A stretch of 64,000 nucleotides of DNA, taken from the IMG/VR virus record IMGVR_UViG_3300036772_000557, positions 1-64,000 of that record. One strand, written 5' to 3'. This DNA is from a virus. The notes below the pieces were generated by a model that made no database searches, was not told the DNA's origin, and saw only the letters and a list, made by a program, of their open reading frames with translations. This document shows, in pieces, positions 6,124 through 15,230 of this stretch. A program made the translations under genes and the position numbers. Positions within the stretch are counted from its first letter, which is position 1. Each line of letters opens with the position of its first letter.

Positions 6124-7974
6124 TCATGCCAACCCATAAGCGATGACTCGGGCATCGTATGGCGTCAGATACAGGATGCCGTCTGCGACTACAGGACCGA
6201 GAAATTTATTGAAGTCGAACTCATGGTTCCATCGTTGGCTGTCCCAGATGAGCGGGATCACTGCCCCGTTCGGACCCTCCTTGAACTGCGTCAGGTCATA
6301 GCCGAGCAGCCGACCGCGCGTGACCTCGCGGTTGGCGTCGCCGTAAGGGATGGTGGCGAACAAGACTGGTGTCTCAGCGGGTCGCGCCTGATCGTAGCAC
6401 AGGGACATGAACCCGCCCGGCATCCCGCCGGGGGGGACCGCCGCCTCGGGGCTGGCGTATTCCTCGCCGGCCGCGAGATAGGTGATTTTCACGTGGGGGG
6501 AGAGGCCGTGGATCGGCTCGATGCTCCACATCCGCAGGGTACTGTTCTCGCCCCAGCAGAGAAGCCGCCACCCCTGCGGGCTTTTCCATACGATCGGTGA
6601 GCCGTGCTGATGGTGTGTCCGACTGTAAAAAAGCTTGTTGAGATCCCTGATGTCGCTGGGCATCGGGCTTGCATCGGACGTGTAAAAGGTGAACCATATC
6701 GGTAGGCACGCCAACGCCATGTAATTTTTTGCGATCCCCTGCGCGGTCGACAGCATTTCCGGCGTCGTGCCGCCCATCGCGTTCAGGCGGACCGCGTAGA
6801 GGATGCCGTCCTTCCCAGAGACGAGGCAGAGCTCGAGCTCCTCGATGACGACCGGACCGCCCGAACCGAGATCCATGTCGATCGCCTCGGCCGGATTAAG
6901 CGGGACGTTGCCCGTGGCGGCATCTATCCTCTCGGCCGGCACCATCGCATAGCGCCGTAGGTTAGTGGGCGGCCGTTCCCGACGCGTCTGCTGAGCGATC
7001 TGTGTTGCCGCGACAACCGTTTCCGGCACCGTAACGGAAACCGCTTTCGGGGCCGCTACGCGGGCGCTATCGAGGAAGGGGCTCCAATGGTCGACCACCT
7101 TCAGTTCGCCCATCAGGGCGGGCCCGGGCGGCGTGTAGCGCAGCTTGATGACGCACTCTCCCCACTCGGTCTTGCCATCGAAGGTGCCGTTGCCGGTTAC
7201 CAGGATGATGTCGCCCTTGCTGTCGGCCGCGAGCCCCGCACCGGCCTGCCAGATACCGCCTCCCGAACCGATGACCGCGGTGCACAATGTGGCGGTGACT
7301 CTCCACAGCCGGACGTCGACGGCGATCACCCAGCCGCGGTTCGATGCGTCAATCTCGTAGATCGAGCCGAACCCGATGAACACGGTTTGCCCGAGCATCA
7401 GCAACGATGCCCGTTGCTTGCGGGCCGCGCTCGCGAATTTCTGTGGCGGGATCCCGCCGGGATCGTAGACAGCGCCCTCGAGGTCGAGCGGCTGCTTCGC
7501 GCGCGCTCCCGAGACGAGCGAGACCGCCTCGAGGAAGTGCCGAGCTCGAGCCACCGACCCGTCAGGGCTCGCCCAGCTGCAGGCGTAGAGCGTCTGGGTC
7601 GCCGGGTCGATGACTGGGGTCGACAGAATTCCCCAGTGGTCGTTAACAGCCCATCCGTCTATCGATTTATTGCCGTCGATCGGCCGACCGAGTTCGCGCT
7701 TCCAAAGCTCCGCACCAGTCTTCGCATCCGCACAGACGATCTCGTTCGCCATGGTCGCTACGACGAGCAGGTCGTGCACCTGGCCGTTCGTGAGACGCAC
7801 GCCCGGCAGGGTCAGGGGCTGCGCCTCAGCGCCGCGCGCGTCTCCCGGGAGGGGAAGCTCGTAGAGTTTTTTGATCCCGCGCGTCGCGACCGCCTGGGCC
7901 GTCAGAACGGTTTCGTTGGGATTCACCCCGGCGTTATCGGTCGTGTAGGCGCGGCGCGTGACCGCGACTGCCAT
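6124..7974 (-). CDS. PQQ-repeat-like beta-propeller protein (~616 aa)
   Basis: NETVLT...AQPL...DAKTGAELWKR...GILSTPVIDP...GGGIWQAGAGLAAD...DLGSGGP pattern; start placed at TAATG overlap with GGAGAG RBS; no signal peptide. Confidence 0.75.
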   Translation of the reverse strand: MAVAVTRRAYTTDNAGVNPNETVLTAQAVATRGIKKLYELPLPGDARGAEAQPLTLPGVRLTNGQVHDLLVVATMANEIVCADAKTGAELWKRELGRPIDGNKSIDGWAVNDHWGILSTPVIDPATQTLYACSWASPDGSVARARHFLEAVSLVSGARAKQPLDLEGAVYDPGGIPPQKFASAARKQRASLLMLGQTVFIGFGSIYEIDASNRGWVIAVDVRLWRVTATLCTAVIGSGGGIWQAGAGLAADSKGDIILVTGNGTFDGKTEWGECVIKLRYTPPGPALMGELKVVDHWSPFLDSARVAAPKAVSVTVPETVVAATQIAQQTRRERPPTNLRRYAMVPAERIDAATGNVPLNPAEAIDMDLGSGGPVVIEELELCLVSGKDGILYAVRLNAMGGTTPEMLSTAQGIAKNYMALACLPIWFTFYTSDASPMPSDIRDLNKLFYSRTHHQHGSPIVWKSPQGWRLLCWGENSTLRMWSIEPIHGLSPHVKITYLAAGEEYASPEAAVPPGGMPGGFMSLCYDQARPAETPVLFATIPYGDANREVTRGRLLGYDLTQFKEGPNGAVIPLIWDSQRWNHEFDFNKFLGPVVADGILYLTPYDARVIAYGLA

Positions 7975-8132
7975 TACAGCACTCTCCACATCATCCACTG
8001 GAGGCGTGCCCATCGCCACTTCTCCCGCCATCGGAAATGGCTCGCGACCACCAATCCGAGAGCGGCGAACCCTGCGATGCCTCCAGCGAAGCCGAAGGCC
8101 GCGCCTATCGTCTGATACAGCTCCAGGGTCAT
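7974..8132 (-). CDS. 52-aa single-TM protein
   Basis: MTLELYQTIGAAFGFAGGIAGFAALGLVV...; translationally coupled on both sides. Confidence 0.55.
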   Translation of the reverse strand: MTLELYQTIGAAFGFAGGIAGFAALGLVVASHFRWREKWRWARLQWMMWRVL

Positions 8133-9943
8133 AAGGCGTACTCCTCTGTTCCGTGATATTCGGGCGTCAGCCATTCGCCGATCGGCCCGCCAAGACCAGC
8201 ACTCTCGGTCCCGAGGTTGACCCACCCGTCGCGCGGGACCTGCAGCAAGACCAGCGTGTTGGCGGCTGTCCCCGGCGCCATCTCCGCTGTAGCCACGACG
8301 CCGTCCGCGTCTGTAGACGCAAATAGCTGGACTGAGCTGCGGGGAGGAACTGGTTCCTTCAGCGCCAATTCGGCGGCGAGCCGCGTGCCCTTCTTCGCCC
8401 ACACCCGGGCCATGCGGATATTGCCGTTGTCGACCGGCGGTATATCGAGGCTGAGGTCGGCGGCACCCTCGAACACGTGCCTCGTCGAACGCGCCGGAGG
8501 CCTCGGCCCGTCTTCGACACCGGCCGGCCCGAGGCAGACATAAGAGTTGCCAGACCACCATCGATTATGCGGGATCGTGAACGTCACGACACCATTGCGA
8601 TCAGCCCAGACGTCGGGAATGTGCCCATTATAATCCTGAAGGTGGGCATAGGCGCCGAACGATGTTTGAACGCTGCGGGTCTGATCGTTCCACCCGTCCG
8701 TGCTGATCGCCGACAGGCAACCCGGTTTGTCCACCACGTGCCCCATCCGTTCTGTGATCAAGACGTTCTGATCAACCCACCGGTCAACCGCCGGACCCCC
8801 GACGAGGTTATTGTGGCACCAGATCATATTGTCGATTAGGGGGCCGAGTCCGTAGCACCCGGGATCACTCGAATAATCCTTATGATAAATCATCGGGTCG
8901 CCCAGCGAGTGCTGCAGAATGTACGCGTAGCCCAACAACTTGCTCGTCGCAATCTGCTGCCCCGGGCTAGCGTCGGTATCGGGCGTGTCGACAAACGGCA
9001 CCGACTGAAAGTTGTCCCACGCCGCCCAGGTTTGGTTTGTCCGCAACGCCCACATACCCTGCCCGTAATCGAGAACCGCCTTGAGCGCAAAATGGACGTT
9101 GAAGTCCAACAGGCTCATTCGGCCCCCCATCGCGGTCCAGGCGTACCAATGCAGCGTGTTAGGGTTGCCATCGAAATACTCTCCCACCGCACGCAGCGCG
9201 GCCATCTTGCCGCTGGCGAGGAGTTCTTTCACGAACGGAACCCATAGCCCCTTGCAATCGTCGATACGGACGCCGTCGAGATTGAGCCGCCCGATATACC
9301 AATCCGCCCATTCCAGCGCCCCGTCGATCATGTAGCGATACGGGTCGCTGTTCTGGTAGCAGCACTCGTCGCCAAACGGGAAATCGTTAAATCGGTCAGG
9401 CACGGCGTCTTCCTGCACGAAAGGCGGGATCGTCTTGCCGTCAACACCGCCGCGGAAGCACCCGGGTGTCTTCGGCCAACGGCCAGCGTTGGGCGCGCCA
9501 ACCGGATATTGCTTCGTCGCAGCGCCTTTGTAGCTGTAGAAGCCGGCGCGACCGCCGGCCATCTGGTGCAGCACCATATCCGCGTGGTTCCGCATCCCGT
9601 TCTGGCGAACGATCGCTATCGCGCGCTGCAGCTGCTCAGCCGTGCCGAACCGCGTCGGGATGGATCCCTGCTGCAGCTTGCTGCCGAGGTCGTAGTGATC
9701 GAATACGCCATAACCTGTGCCCGTCGGCAGGTCGCCTGATTGCGTCTTGCACAGCGGAGGCCACATGATGTCGGTAAACCCCACGCGTGCCAGATGTGAA
9801 GCCCGCGAGGCAATGCGATCCGCCCACCACGGCTCGTTGGGCGTAGCGGCATCCACCGGCGCGGGCACCGATATCCGGTGCCCCCGCGGATCATTGGGAA
9901 ACGCAGGATCCGGGAAAAACGCGTTCGCCAGATACCAGACCAT
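8129..9943 (-). CDS. GH13 alpha-amylase family protein
   Basis: GYGVFDHYDLG..TRFGT, ADMVLHQ (region I), GVRIDDCKG (nucleophile), VGEYFD (acid/base), FVDTPDTD (region IV, His replaced by Pro). Confidence 0.9.
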   Translation of the reverse strand: MVWYLANAFFPDPAFPNDPRGHRISVPAPVDAATPNEPWWADRIASRASHLARVGFTDIMWPPLCKTQSGDLPTGTGYGVFDHYDLGSKLQQGSIPTRFGTAEQLQRAIAIVRQNGMRNHADMVLHQMAGGRAGFYSYKGAATKQYPVGAPNAGRWPKTPGCFRGGVDGKTIPPFVQEDAVPDRFNDFPFGDECCYQNSDPYRYMIDGALEWADWYIGRLNLDGVRIDDCKGLWVPFVKELLASGKMAALRAVGEYFDGNPNTLHWYAWTAMGGRMSLLDFNVHFALKAVLDYGQGMWALRTNQTWAAWDNFQSVPFVDTPDTDASPGQQIATSKLLGYAYILQHSLGDPMIYHKDYSSDPGCYGLGPLIDNMIWCHNNLVGGPAVDRWVDQNVLITERMGHVVDKPGCLSAISTDGWNDQTRSVQTSFGAYAHLQDYNGHIPDVWADRNGVVTFTIPHNRWWSGNSYVCLGPAGVEDGPRPPARSTRHVFEGAADLSLDIPPVDNGNIRMARVWAKKGTRLAAELALKEPVPPRSSVQLFASTDADGVVATAEMAPGTAANTLVLLQVPRDGWVNLGTESAGLGGPIGEWLTPEYHGTEEYAL

Positions 9944-10278
9944 TAGCCGGCCATGCACAGATCGAGCGCCCGCGCCTTTGCCAGCGCGAAGCCGTCGAGA
10001 ACGTCAGCCGGCATGCGTTCAGGGCGGTCATTCCAGACTTCCACCTGGCTCACACCAATCGCCTCGCCATAACATTTGCAGGCGTCCCATCGCAGCCGAA
10101 AGCATTGCTCGAAGTTGAGCCCCATGTCGGCAACAGCCTGCTGGATCGCGCCAATGACGCAGCTTGGCCTGCCCCTTTCTCCGTACATGCTTTTGCGCCA
10201 GCCGTACCGCCGGATGTTTGCTTCCGCGCGGTTGAGCGCTTCGTAGACCGGGTCGAAGCCGGTTCCGTCTAGTGGCAT
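9943..10278 (-). CDS. conserved phage hypothetical (DUF6197-like)
   Basis: IRRYGW...CVIGAI...WNDRPER..ADVL pattern. Confidence 0.6.
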   Translation of the reverse strand: MPLDGTGFDPVYEALNRAEANIRRYGWRKSMYGERGRPSCVIGAIQQAVADMGLNFEQCFRLRWDACKCYGEAIGVSQVEVWNDRPERMPADVLDGFALAKARALDLCMAG

Positions 10279-10291
10279 GGTGTTCTCCTGG

Positions 10292-10627
10292 TTACGCCCG
10301 CTTGCGCTCGGCCGCCGGCGAATTGCGCTCTCCGCCGACCTTGCGCTTCGGGTTGAGCAGGTCGCGCAGCGCCGGCGCCACCCTCAGCGTCACGGTGCGG
10401 CCGGCGGGGATCTGCATCGCCTCGCCGGTGAACGGGTTGCGTCCGCTCTTTGGCGCGGTATTGCGCACGCGGAAGCTGCCGAAGCCCTGGATGGTGACGT
10501 TCTCGCCGCGGGTAGCGTGATTCGCCAGGGCGGCGAATACCGCGTTGACGACTACCCTCGCCACGGCTTGCGACAAGAGCTGAGTCTCCTCGGAGACTTG
10601 TTTGGCGATCGAAGTCTTTGTGATCAT
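10292..10627 (-). CDS. HU/IHF family DNA-binding protein
   Basis: GENVTIQGFGSFRVR...GRNPFTGEAMQIPA signature. Confidence 0.92.
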   Translation of the reverse strand: MITKTSIAKQVSEETQLLSQAVARVVVNAVFAALANHATRGENVTIQGFGSFRVRNTAPKSGRNPFTGEAMQIPAGRTVTLRVAPALRDLLNPKRKVGGERNSPAAERKRA

Positions 10628-10672
10628 GTGGTTTTCTCCTTCTCAATCAGCCGCGATCGCCTGGGGACACCG

Positions 10673-11299
10673 TCATTCGACAGTTGCCTCGCGCAGCTTT
10701 CGCTCGCGATCAAGCGCCGACACGGCAAATACCGCGTCTTCCTCGCCTACCTGCCACGCCGCGACCAGCGCCGTCGCTCTATGGTCCGGCAACCTCTGCC
10801 GAATGTACGGGACCATGGTCTGCCAAAACCAAATGCTCGGATCGGCATCTTCGACATCAGTTCCCTTGCACGGCTCATCTGACCACGCCCGCCGCGGGGC
10901 GTGGCGAAGAGCGTCCGCCAGTGCAAAACGCCGCTCGCACCGATCATCAAGCAGCGATTTCAATTCAGCCCACGCGGGCCACCATTTCTCCCGCGAGCCC
11001 CAATAGCGTAACGCATCGACGACAACATCTTCCGGATACCGAGCCAGCTCGTCGGCATAGACGGCGACCTGAAACACCAACTCGTCCTCACTCTGCGTTC
11101 TCGACTTCGTGGTCAATTTCAGCCGCAATAATTCCTTTTTCACTACTGCGTCGGGGCAAGGGCGCAGCGTCGCCTCGACGATGGCAATCGCCGTTGCGAG
11201 CTCGGTCGGATCGGCGCCTGAGCGTAGGCTATAGCCCACGAATTTGGTCTCGTAACCGTATTCCATGGTCGAGCAGTCAGTTCGCCTCTCGGAAATCAT
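10673..11299 (-). CDS. putative replication accessory / helicase-loader-like protein
   Basis: VYADELARYPEDVV...KWWPAWAEL motif, directly downstream of initiator; start uncertain. Confidence 0.5.
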   Translation of the reverse strand: MISERRTDCSTMEYGYETKFVGYSLRSGADPTELATAIAIVEATLRPCPDAVVKKELLRLKLTTKSRTQSEDELVFQVAVYADELARYPEDVVVDALRYWGSREKWWPAWAELKSLLDDRCERRFALADALRHAPRRAWSDEPCKGTDVEDADPSIWFWQTMVPYIRQRLPDHRATALVAAWQVGEEDAVFAVSALDRERKLREATVE

Positions 11300-12167
11300 C
11301 GATGCGACTGAAGGCGGCAAGGATGCTACTAGATTGCGTTCCACCAGCTGCGGGTCGTGAGCGGATATCGCGGCTGAAATCCGCGGCCCGCTGAACCCAG
11401 GTCCTCCAAGCCGCATTCCAGTCGGCGAAACGGGAGCCGTTTTTGAGATGATGGTCTCGGAACCGTTCGGCTTCCCAGGCGACCCAGCCGAGGTCATAAC
11501 CTTTGCCGATGGCATAGGCGTAATCCTGTTCATCAGGCTGCCAATCGGGCGAAATCCTGGACTTCCGTTCTCCGCTTCCACTTGCCCTTACCTTTCGATG
11601 ATCATCGATTTGAACAACCTCGGCCTTCGGCGGCTCTCTCTCAGAAGCGATAGCTTCTGAGATAACTGAATCTGTATCTGCGGCCGATGTAACGGTCGGA
11701 TGTAACGCTTCGAGCGGCGCCGTAACGGCGGGCTCGGCTGGTTTGATGGGCGTAGCTCGCGGTTCAAGTTTAAGTTCCTCCTGCGCCGCTCGCGCCGCCG
11801 CTGCAGCTCGACTCCGAGCCGTTCTTTCAGCTCCCGGTGATCTAGGCTTCGGCAGCTTCTCGTCCTGGCGCTTCTTCCAGGATGCGATCTGATCACCGAT
11901 CAGTATCCGCATGTCCCGGAAGGCCTGAATGACGCGTTGGATCTCGTCGACCGTCACTCGGCAAAACGCAGCGACTACTTGGAGATTGAACCCGGTAATT
12001 GAACCGCGCTGCTTCCCCCGAGACAGCTGCTCGTTTGAGAACGTCATGGCGCAGGAAAACGTGTGCCACGCGACAGAGGGCGAGGTTCCCGCCACCTCGG
12101 CGACCGCCAGCCATTTAGGGTCGGTCGGCGCCTCGTTCCAAAGCTTGAGCCAAGGGAATCCGCTCAT
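11277..12167 (-). CDS. phage replication initiator protein
   Basis: N-terminal PWLKLWNEAPTDPKW winged-helix-like part; C-terminal DnaT-like PDWQP...ERFRDHH...DWNAAWRTW. Confidence 0.75.
   Translation of the reverse strand: MSGFPWLKLWNEAPTDPKWLAVAEVAGTSPSVAWHTFSCAMTFSNEQLSRGKQRGSITGFNLQVVAAFCRVTVDEIQRVIQAFRDMRILIGDQIASWKKRQDEKLPKPRSPGAERTARSRAAAAARAAQEELKLEPRATPIKPAEPAVTAPLEALHPTVTSAADTDSVISEAIASEREPPKAEVVQIDDHRKVRASGSGERKSRISPDWQPDEQDYAYAIGKGYDLGWVAWEAERFRDHHLKNGSRFADWNAAWRTWVQRAADFSRDIRSRPAAGGTQSSSILAAFSRIDDFREAN
11639..11727. other. candidate replication origin inside the initiator gene
   Basis: GTAACG repeats (GATGTAACG at 11686 and 11699, CGTAACG at 11721) next to perfect inverted repeat TCTCAGAAGC-gata-GCTTCTGAGA. 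Confidence 0.45.
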
Positions 12168-12266
12168 GGCCGGCCCCTCCCGGCGTGCATGTCTCGTAAA
12201 GTACACGAAAAGGTGCTATATTCGGTTGAGCGGGTCACCTCGTTTTCCCCCATATGAGTGGACTCG

Positions 12267-12605
12267 TTAGACTGCAGTCGGCGGCGCCGCTGTTTCTCCC
12301 CTGGACGGCGGTGCCGCCCCTTCCCCTATGCCCACCGGCGGTGCACGCTGGGCGGCCTCTTGTTCACACATCTTCTGCGACCAGAAGTCGGAGAGCGCCC
12401 ACAGGGCAGTCCACCAGGTTTCTCCTACCGGATTCGGGACGAAGCCGTTGATGATCAGGATCTTCCTCGGGGAAATCATCGGCGCAGCGGCCAGGCAGCG
12501 GCGCAAATACGCGATGGCGACATAGGGCCCATCGTCGACACGGCCGATCGCGAGCGCCTCGCTGATCGCCTCTTCGAGGAGACGCCGGTTGAGTTGCGGG
12601 GTCAT
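12267..12605 (-). CDS. hypothetical protein
   Basis: Co-directional ORF in operon. Confidence 0.5.
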   Translation of the reverse strand: MTPQLNRRLLEEAISEALAIGRVDDGPYVAIAYLRRCLAAAPMISPRKILIINGFVPNPVGETWWTALWALSDFWSQKMCEQEAAQRAPPVGIGEGAAPPSRGETAAPPTAV

Positions 12606-12616
12606 CCAGGCGCCAC

Positions 12617-12901
12617 CTAAAGACCCGGCCGAGCCGGAGCTCGACCGGGCAAGTTTAGGGAGGACTGCCTCTTCTCAGAGGCCCCCGGCGGCGCGATGAA
12701 GGTCGCCGCCGAAGCTCGCTGTTGCTGAAGCTCGCGCCAAACGTCGGCGGCGTAATCCTCAGCGCATTGGTTCGAACAGAATTGAGCCGGCCAGGCGCGC
12801 CATTCCTGTTCGGTGAGAATGAAGCCCGGCGGGCTAATGGTTTCCCCGCACCAGTTGCACCAGCGATGCGAAAGCCGGTTATTCGCGGGGCGTCCGCTCA
12901 T
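12617..12901 (-). CDS. Zn-finger hypothetical protein
   Basis: CNWC...FCSNQC; ATGA overlap. Confidence 0.6.
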   Translation of the reverse strand: MSGRPANNRLSHRWCNWCGETISPPGFILTEQEWRAWPAQFCSNQCAEDYAADVWRELQQQRASAATFIAPPGASEKRQSSLNLPGRAPARPGL

Positions 12902-13419
12902 GCGGCCCCCGCGAACATGTCCGCCGAGAGAGGTTTGCCGCCGCCGGCAATCGTCAATGCGCGCGTGCCATACAAAGCAATAAGGGCAGACTCGGCTCTG
13001 CCATCATGCTTCTTCAATGGCCACTGCGCGGAAGCTTGTGGCATCAACTGAGACGCCCTCGCGCGCGCGGCGTCTTTGGCGGCGGGCACGGCAAGCGCTT
13101 TCTTCCAAGTCCGTGGATGAACGATCGTAAATGGGATTCCGGTAGCGATCAGGATGCCTCTGACTTCGCCGTACACCTGGAAGAAGATTCCGGTAGCGTA
13201 GGCCGATTGTTTTGGCATCCCCTGCGCTTGCTCGACGAAAGCGTGATCAGGTTGCGCCGCGACAATAATCCGATGCAATGCGTGCCCGTCGAGGTCGCGC
13301 CGTTTGGTTTTCCCGCGACCAATCTCAAAGGTCGGCATATCATGGATGCTTGCGGTCGCTCCCGTGTCGAGAAACGTTAGCGCTCCCCCAAGACCGCAGT
13401 CGACACCGAGAATAATCAT
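12898..13419 (-). CDS. RuvC-like Holliday junction resolvase
   Basis: ILGVDCG, FVEQ, HPRTWKK, DGRAESALIALYG motifs. Confidence 0.88.
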   Translation of the reverse strand: MIILGVDCGLGGALTFLDTGATASIHDMPTFEIGRGKTKRRDLDGHALHRIIVAAQPDHAFVEQAQGMPKQSAYATGIFFQVYGEVRGILIATGIPFTIVHPRTWKKALAVPAAKDAARARASQLMPQASAQWPLKKHDGRAESALIALYGTRALTIAGGGKPLSADMFAGAA

Positions 13420-14006
13420 GTCGAGATCCGAGTTACGTAGTAACAAAGTTTATGCTTATCAAATGATAGAACGCCCATAGCCATTAACTCGGCAACGCAG
13501 TCGTTCAGGGTTGCGTGAACACGACGATGAGCCGCGTCGGTCTTGCACGTCACTAGGTTATCTGGTGTGTTGTTATCTCTTATCAGATCAATATGATGAA
13601 CGACTTCCTTTTCCAAAAGAATCCGCCCAATCTCCCGCTCAACTATTAACCTATGCTCTGGAACGAATCCTTTCCTAGCGAACGGATGATTTGGTGCTTG
13701 AATTAAAATGTGATTGCCACGCTTATCGTTACTACGATTTCCTTTTCTGCGTCTAATTGGGCGCGTCTCTGCTCTATGAAGCATCCCGCATCGCTTGGAG
13801 CAGAACGCCGCCGTACGAGTCCGCGACCTCTCAGCAAGATATGATACGCCGCACTGTTCACATTGGAGTCTAATCACATAGCGGTTCGTGTGGCGCCCGT
13901 TCCAAATGTATGGAATTCTCAACGAGCCATCTGGGCGCTCAATAGCCTGAGGGAAATCAATAGACCAGAGTTCCCCGGCCTTTAGACGGAGGCCATGCCC
14001 TGCCAT
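13416..14006 (-). CDS. HNH homing endonuclease
   Basis: HPFA..GFVPEHRLIVE..IGR.L...EVVHHID..RDNN.PDNL; Zn finger CEQC..FCSKRC; AT-rich relative to flanks. Confidence 0.88.
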   Translation of the reverse strand: MAGHGLRLKAGELWSIDFPQAIERPDGSLRIPYIWNGRHTNRYVIRLQCEQCGVSYLAERSRTRTAAFCSKRCGMLHRAETRPIRRRKGNRSNDKRGNHILIQAPNHPFARKGFVPEHRLIVEREIGRILLEKEVVHHIDLIRDNNTPDNLVTCKTDAAHRRVHATLNDCVAELMAMGVLSFDKHKLCYYVTRIST

Positions 14007-14010
14007 TTCC

Positions 14011-14106
14011 TTAAAACTCTTCGACTCTATTGTTGCGGGTCATGGCAGGCTCGATAAAGGCCAATGCGCCGTCCAGGCCTGGGTCGACGCCACAAATCAG
14101 AGGCAT
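14011..14106 (-). pseudogene. orphan 5' fragment of a ruvC-like gene
   Basis: MPLICGVDPGLDGALAFIEPAMTRNNRVEEF*, paralogous to the N-terminus of 12898-13419. Confidence 0.8.
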
Positions 14107-14111
14107 ATCGG

Positions 14112-14432
14112 CTATTTCCTGCCCGCTGCCCAGTCGAAGAGATCAAATCCCACGACGCGACCGATACGCTGCAGTGCTTCGAGTTGATCGCGAGCATCAC
14201 TACCCTTGTCCTGTAGACGCAGTTTTGCGATCTTTTTCATAGCCACGATGTCGCGCTGGACGATTTCGCGCTCGACACACTCAGCAACTACCTCTTTGAG
14301 ATCGTCTGCCGCGACTTTTGCTTGGCGCATGCACTCTTCCATGCGCTGTACCATGCTTTTGATTAATGTCGATCGATCAAGATCAAAGATCTTTTCAAAG
14401 TCACGACCTGACCCCGGATCATCTTTCGGCAT
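14112..14432 (-). CDS. GapR-like (DUF2312/UPF0335) DNA-binding protein
   Basis: IKSMVQRMEE....ADDLKEVVAE...AMKKIAKLR pattern. Confidence 0.65.
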   Translation of the reverse strand: MPKDDPGSGRDFEKIFDLDRSTLIKSMVQRMEECMRQAKVAADDLKEVVAECVEREIVQRDIVAMKKIAKLRLQDKGSDARDQLEALQRIGRVVGFDLFDWAAGRK

Positions 14433-14476
14433 TTCCCCTCTAACTCCCCAGTTCGAATGCGTGTTGCTAACAATCC

Positions 14477-14857
14477 TTACTCAGCCGCTTCTTTCGCCAA
14501 TCGCCGCGCGACAGCACCCAAATCCTGATACGCATTGGAATGAGCAATCCGTTCCGCATTGCCATCAATAAGAAGGCGCCTGCCAGCTTCGTCCATTTCC
14601 CCATACAGGAGCGCTCTCAACCTCGACCGCAGTTCGTCCCTGCGGGCATCTTGTTTGTCCATCGCCATAAGCAGTGCGAGCGCTAATTGCTGGCGCCGGC
14701 GAACGGGGAATTTCTTGTAGAGATAATTTCGGGCGCTCTCGAGCGAGACATCCAGGATTTCGGCCAGCTGATACATCGCATCGCGCTTGAAAACCTCCTT
14801 TATGAGCCGAGATTCGACCGTCATGGTGTTACCCGTGACGGCCAACATTTTTGGCAA
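14477..14857 (-). CDS. putative CII-like regulator
   Basis: HTH-like YQLAEILDVSLESARNYLY; position downstream of cro; start uncertain. Confidence 0.5.
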   Translation of the reverse strand: MPKMLAVTGNTMTVESRLIKEVFKRDAMYQLAEILDVSLESARNYLYKKFPVRRRQQLALALLMAMDKQDARRDELRSRLRALLYGEMDEAGRRLLIDGNAERIAHSNAYQDLGAVARRLAKEAAE

Positions 14858-14919
14858 GACAGAATTTATTTTTCACGGCAGTTTGACGATAAGAGGCGGC
14901 TGGTGGAACGAAACACCAT

Positions 14920-15230
14920 GAAACGCGTTGCAGACGCCGGGCCAGATCGACCGCACACCCCCCGTGCGATCGACCATGGTGCTTGGGCTCACGCCCGGCT
15001 CTGCTCCAGGCAGACCGGAACGTCTGCCATCCCCACCAATGTGCCCAAGTGGAGCTCGGAAGGCCGCTGGTTCCCCCATCAGGGCCTGATGAGAGGCGGA
15101 CCCGCCGGTCGCGACGGCGGGTCCGCGGCCTCGCCCAGCCGCGTGGAACATGCGGCCATGTTGGCGAGGTACACCCCGGATCGTTGCCGCGCCGGGGAAT
15201 CGGAAAAGAAATTCAGCGGAGCGCGCGGAA
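14920..15230. ncRNA. multi-hairpin structured region, candidate ncRNA or leader
   Basis: Stems: GCGGACCCGCCG/CGGCGGGTCCGC (15096-15126), GGCAGAC/GTCTGCC, CTTGGGC/GCCCAAG, AACATG/CATGTT, CCCCGG/CCGGGG, CCGCTG/CAGCGG; no convincing ORF. Confidence 0.45.

Noticed and set aside
11300-11581. N-terminal extension of ORF 10673-11581
   Set aside because: It overlaps the conserved C-terminal domain of the replication initiator in another frame; a downstream start is more plausible.
13416-14106. Group I intron in ruvC
   Set aside because: The downstream ruvC has its own complete N-terminus, and there is no non-coding space for a ribozyme core around the HNH ORF.
15086-15136. Additional hammerhead ribozyme (CTGATGA followed by a long stem)
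   Set aside because: The stem is followed by GCCC, not GAAA, and CTGATG is sequestered by the upstream CATCAG.
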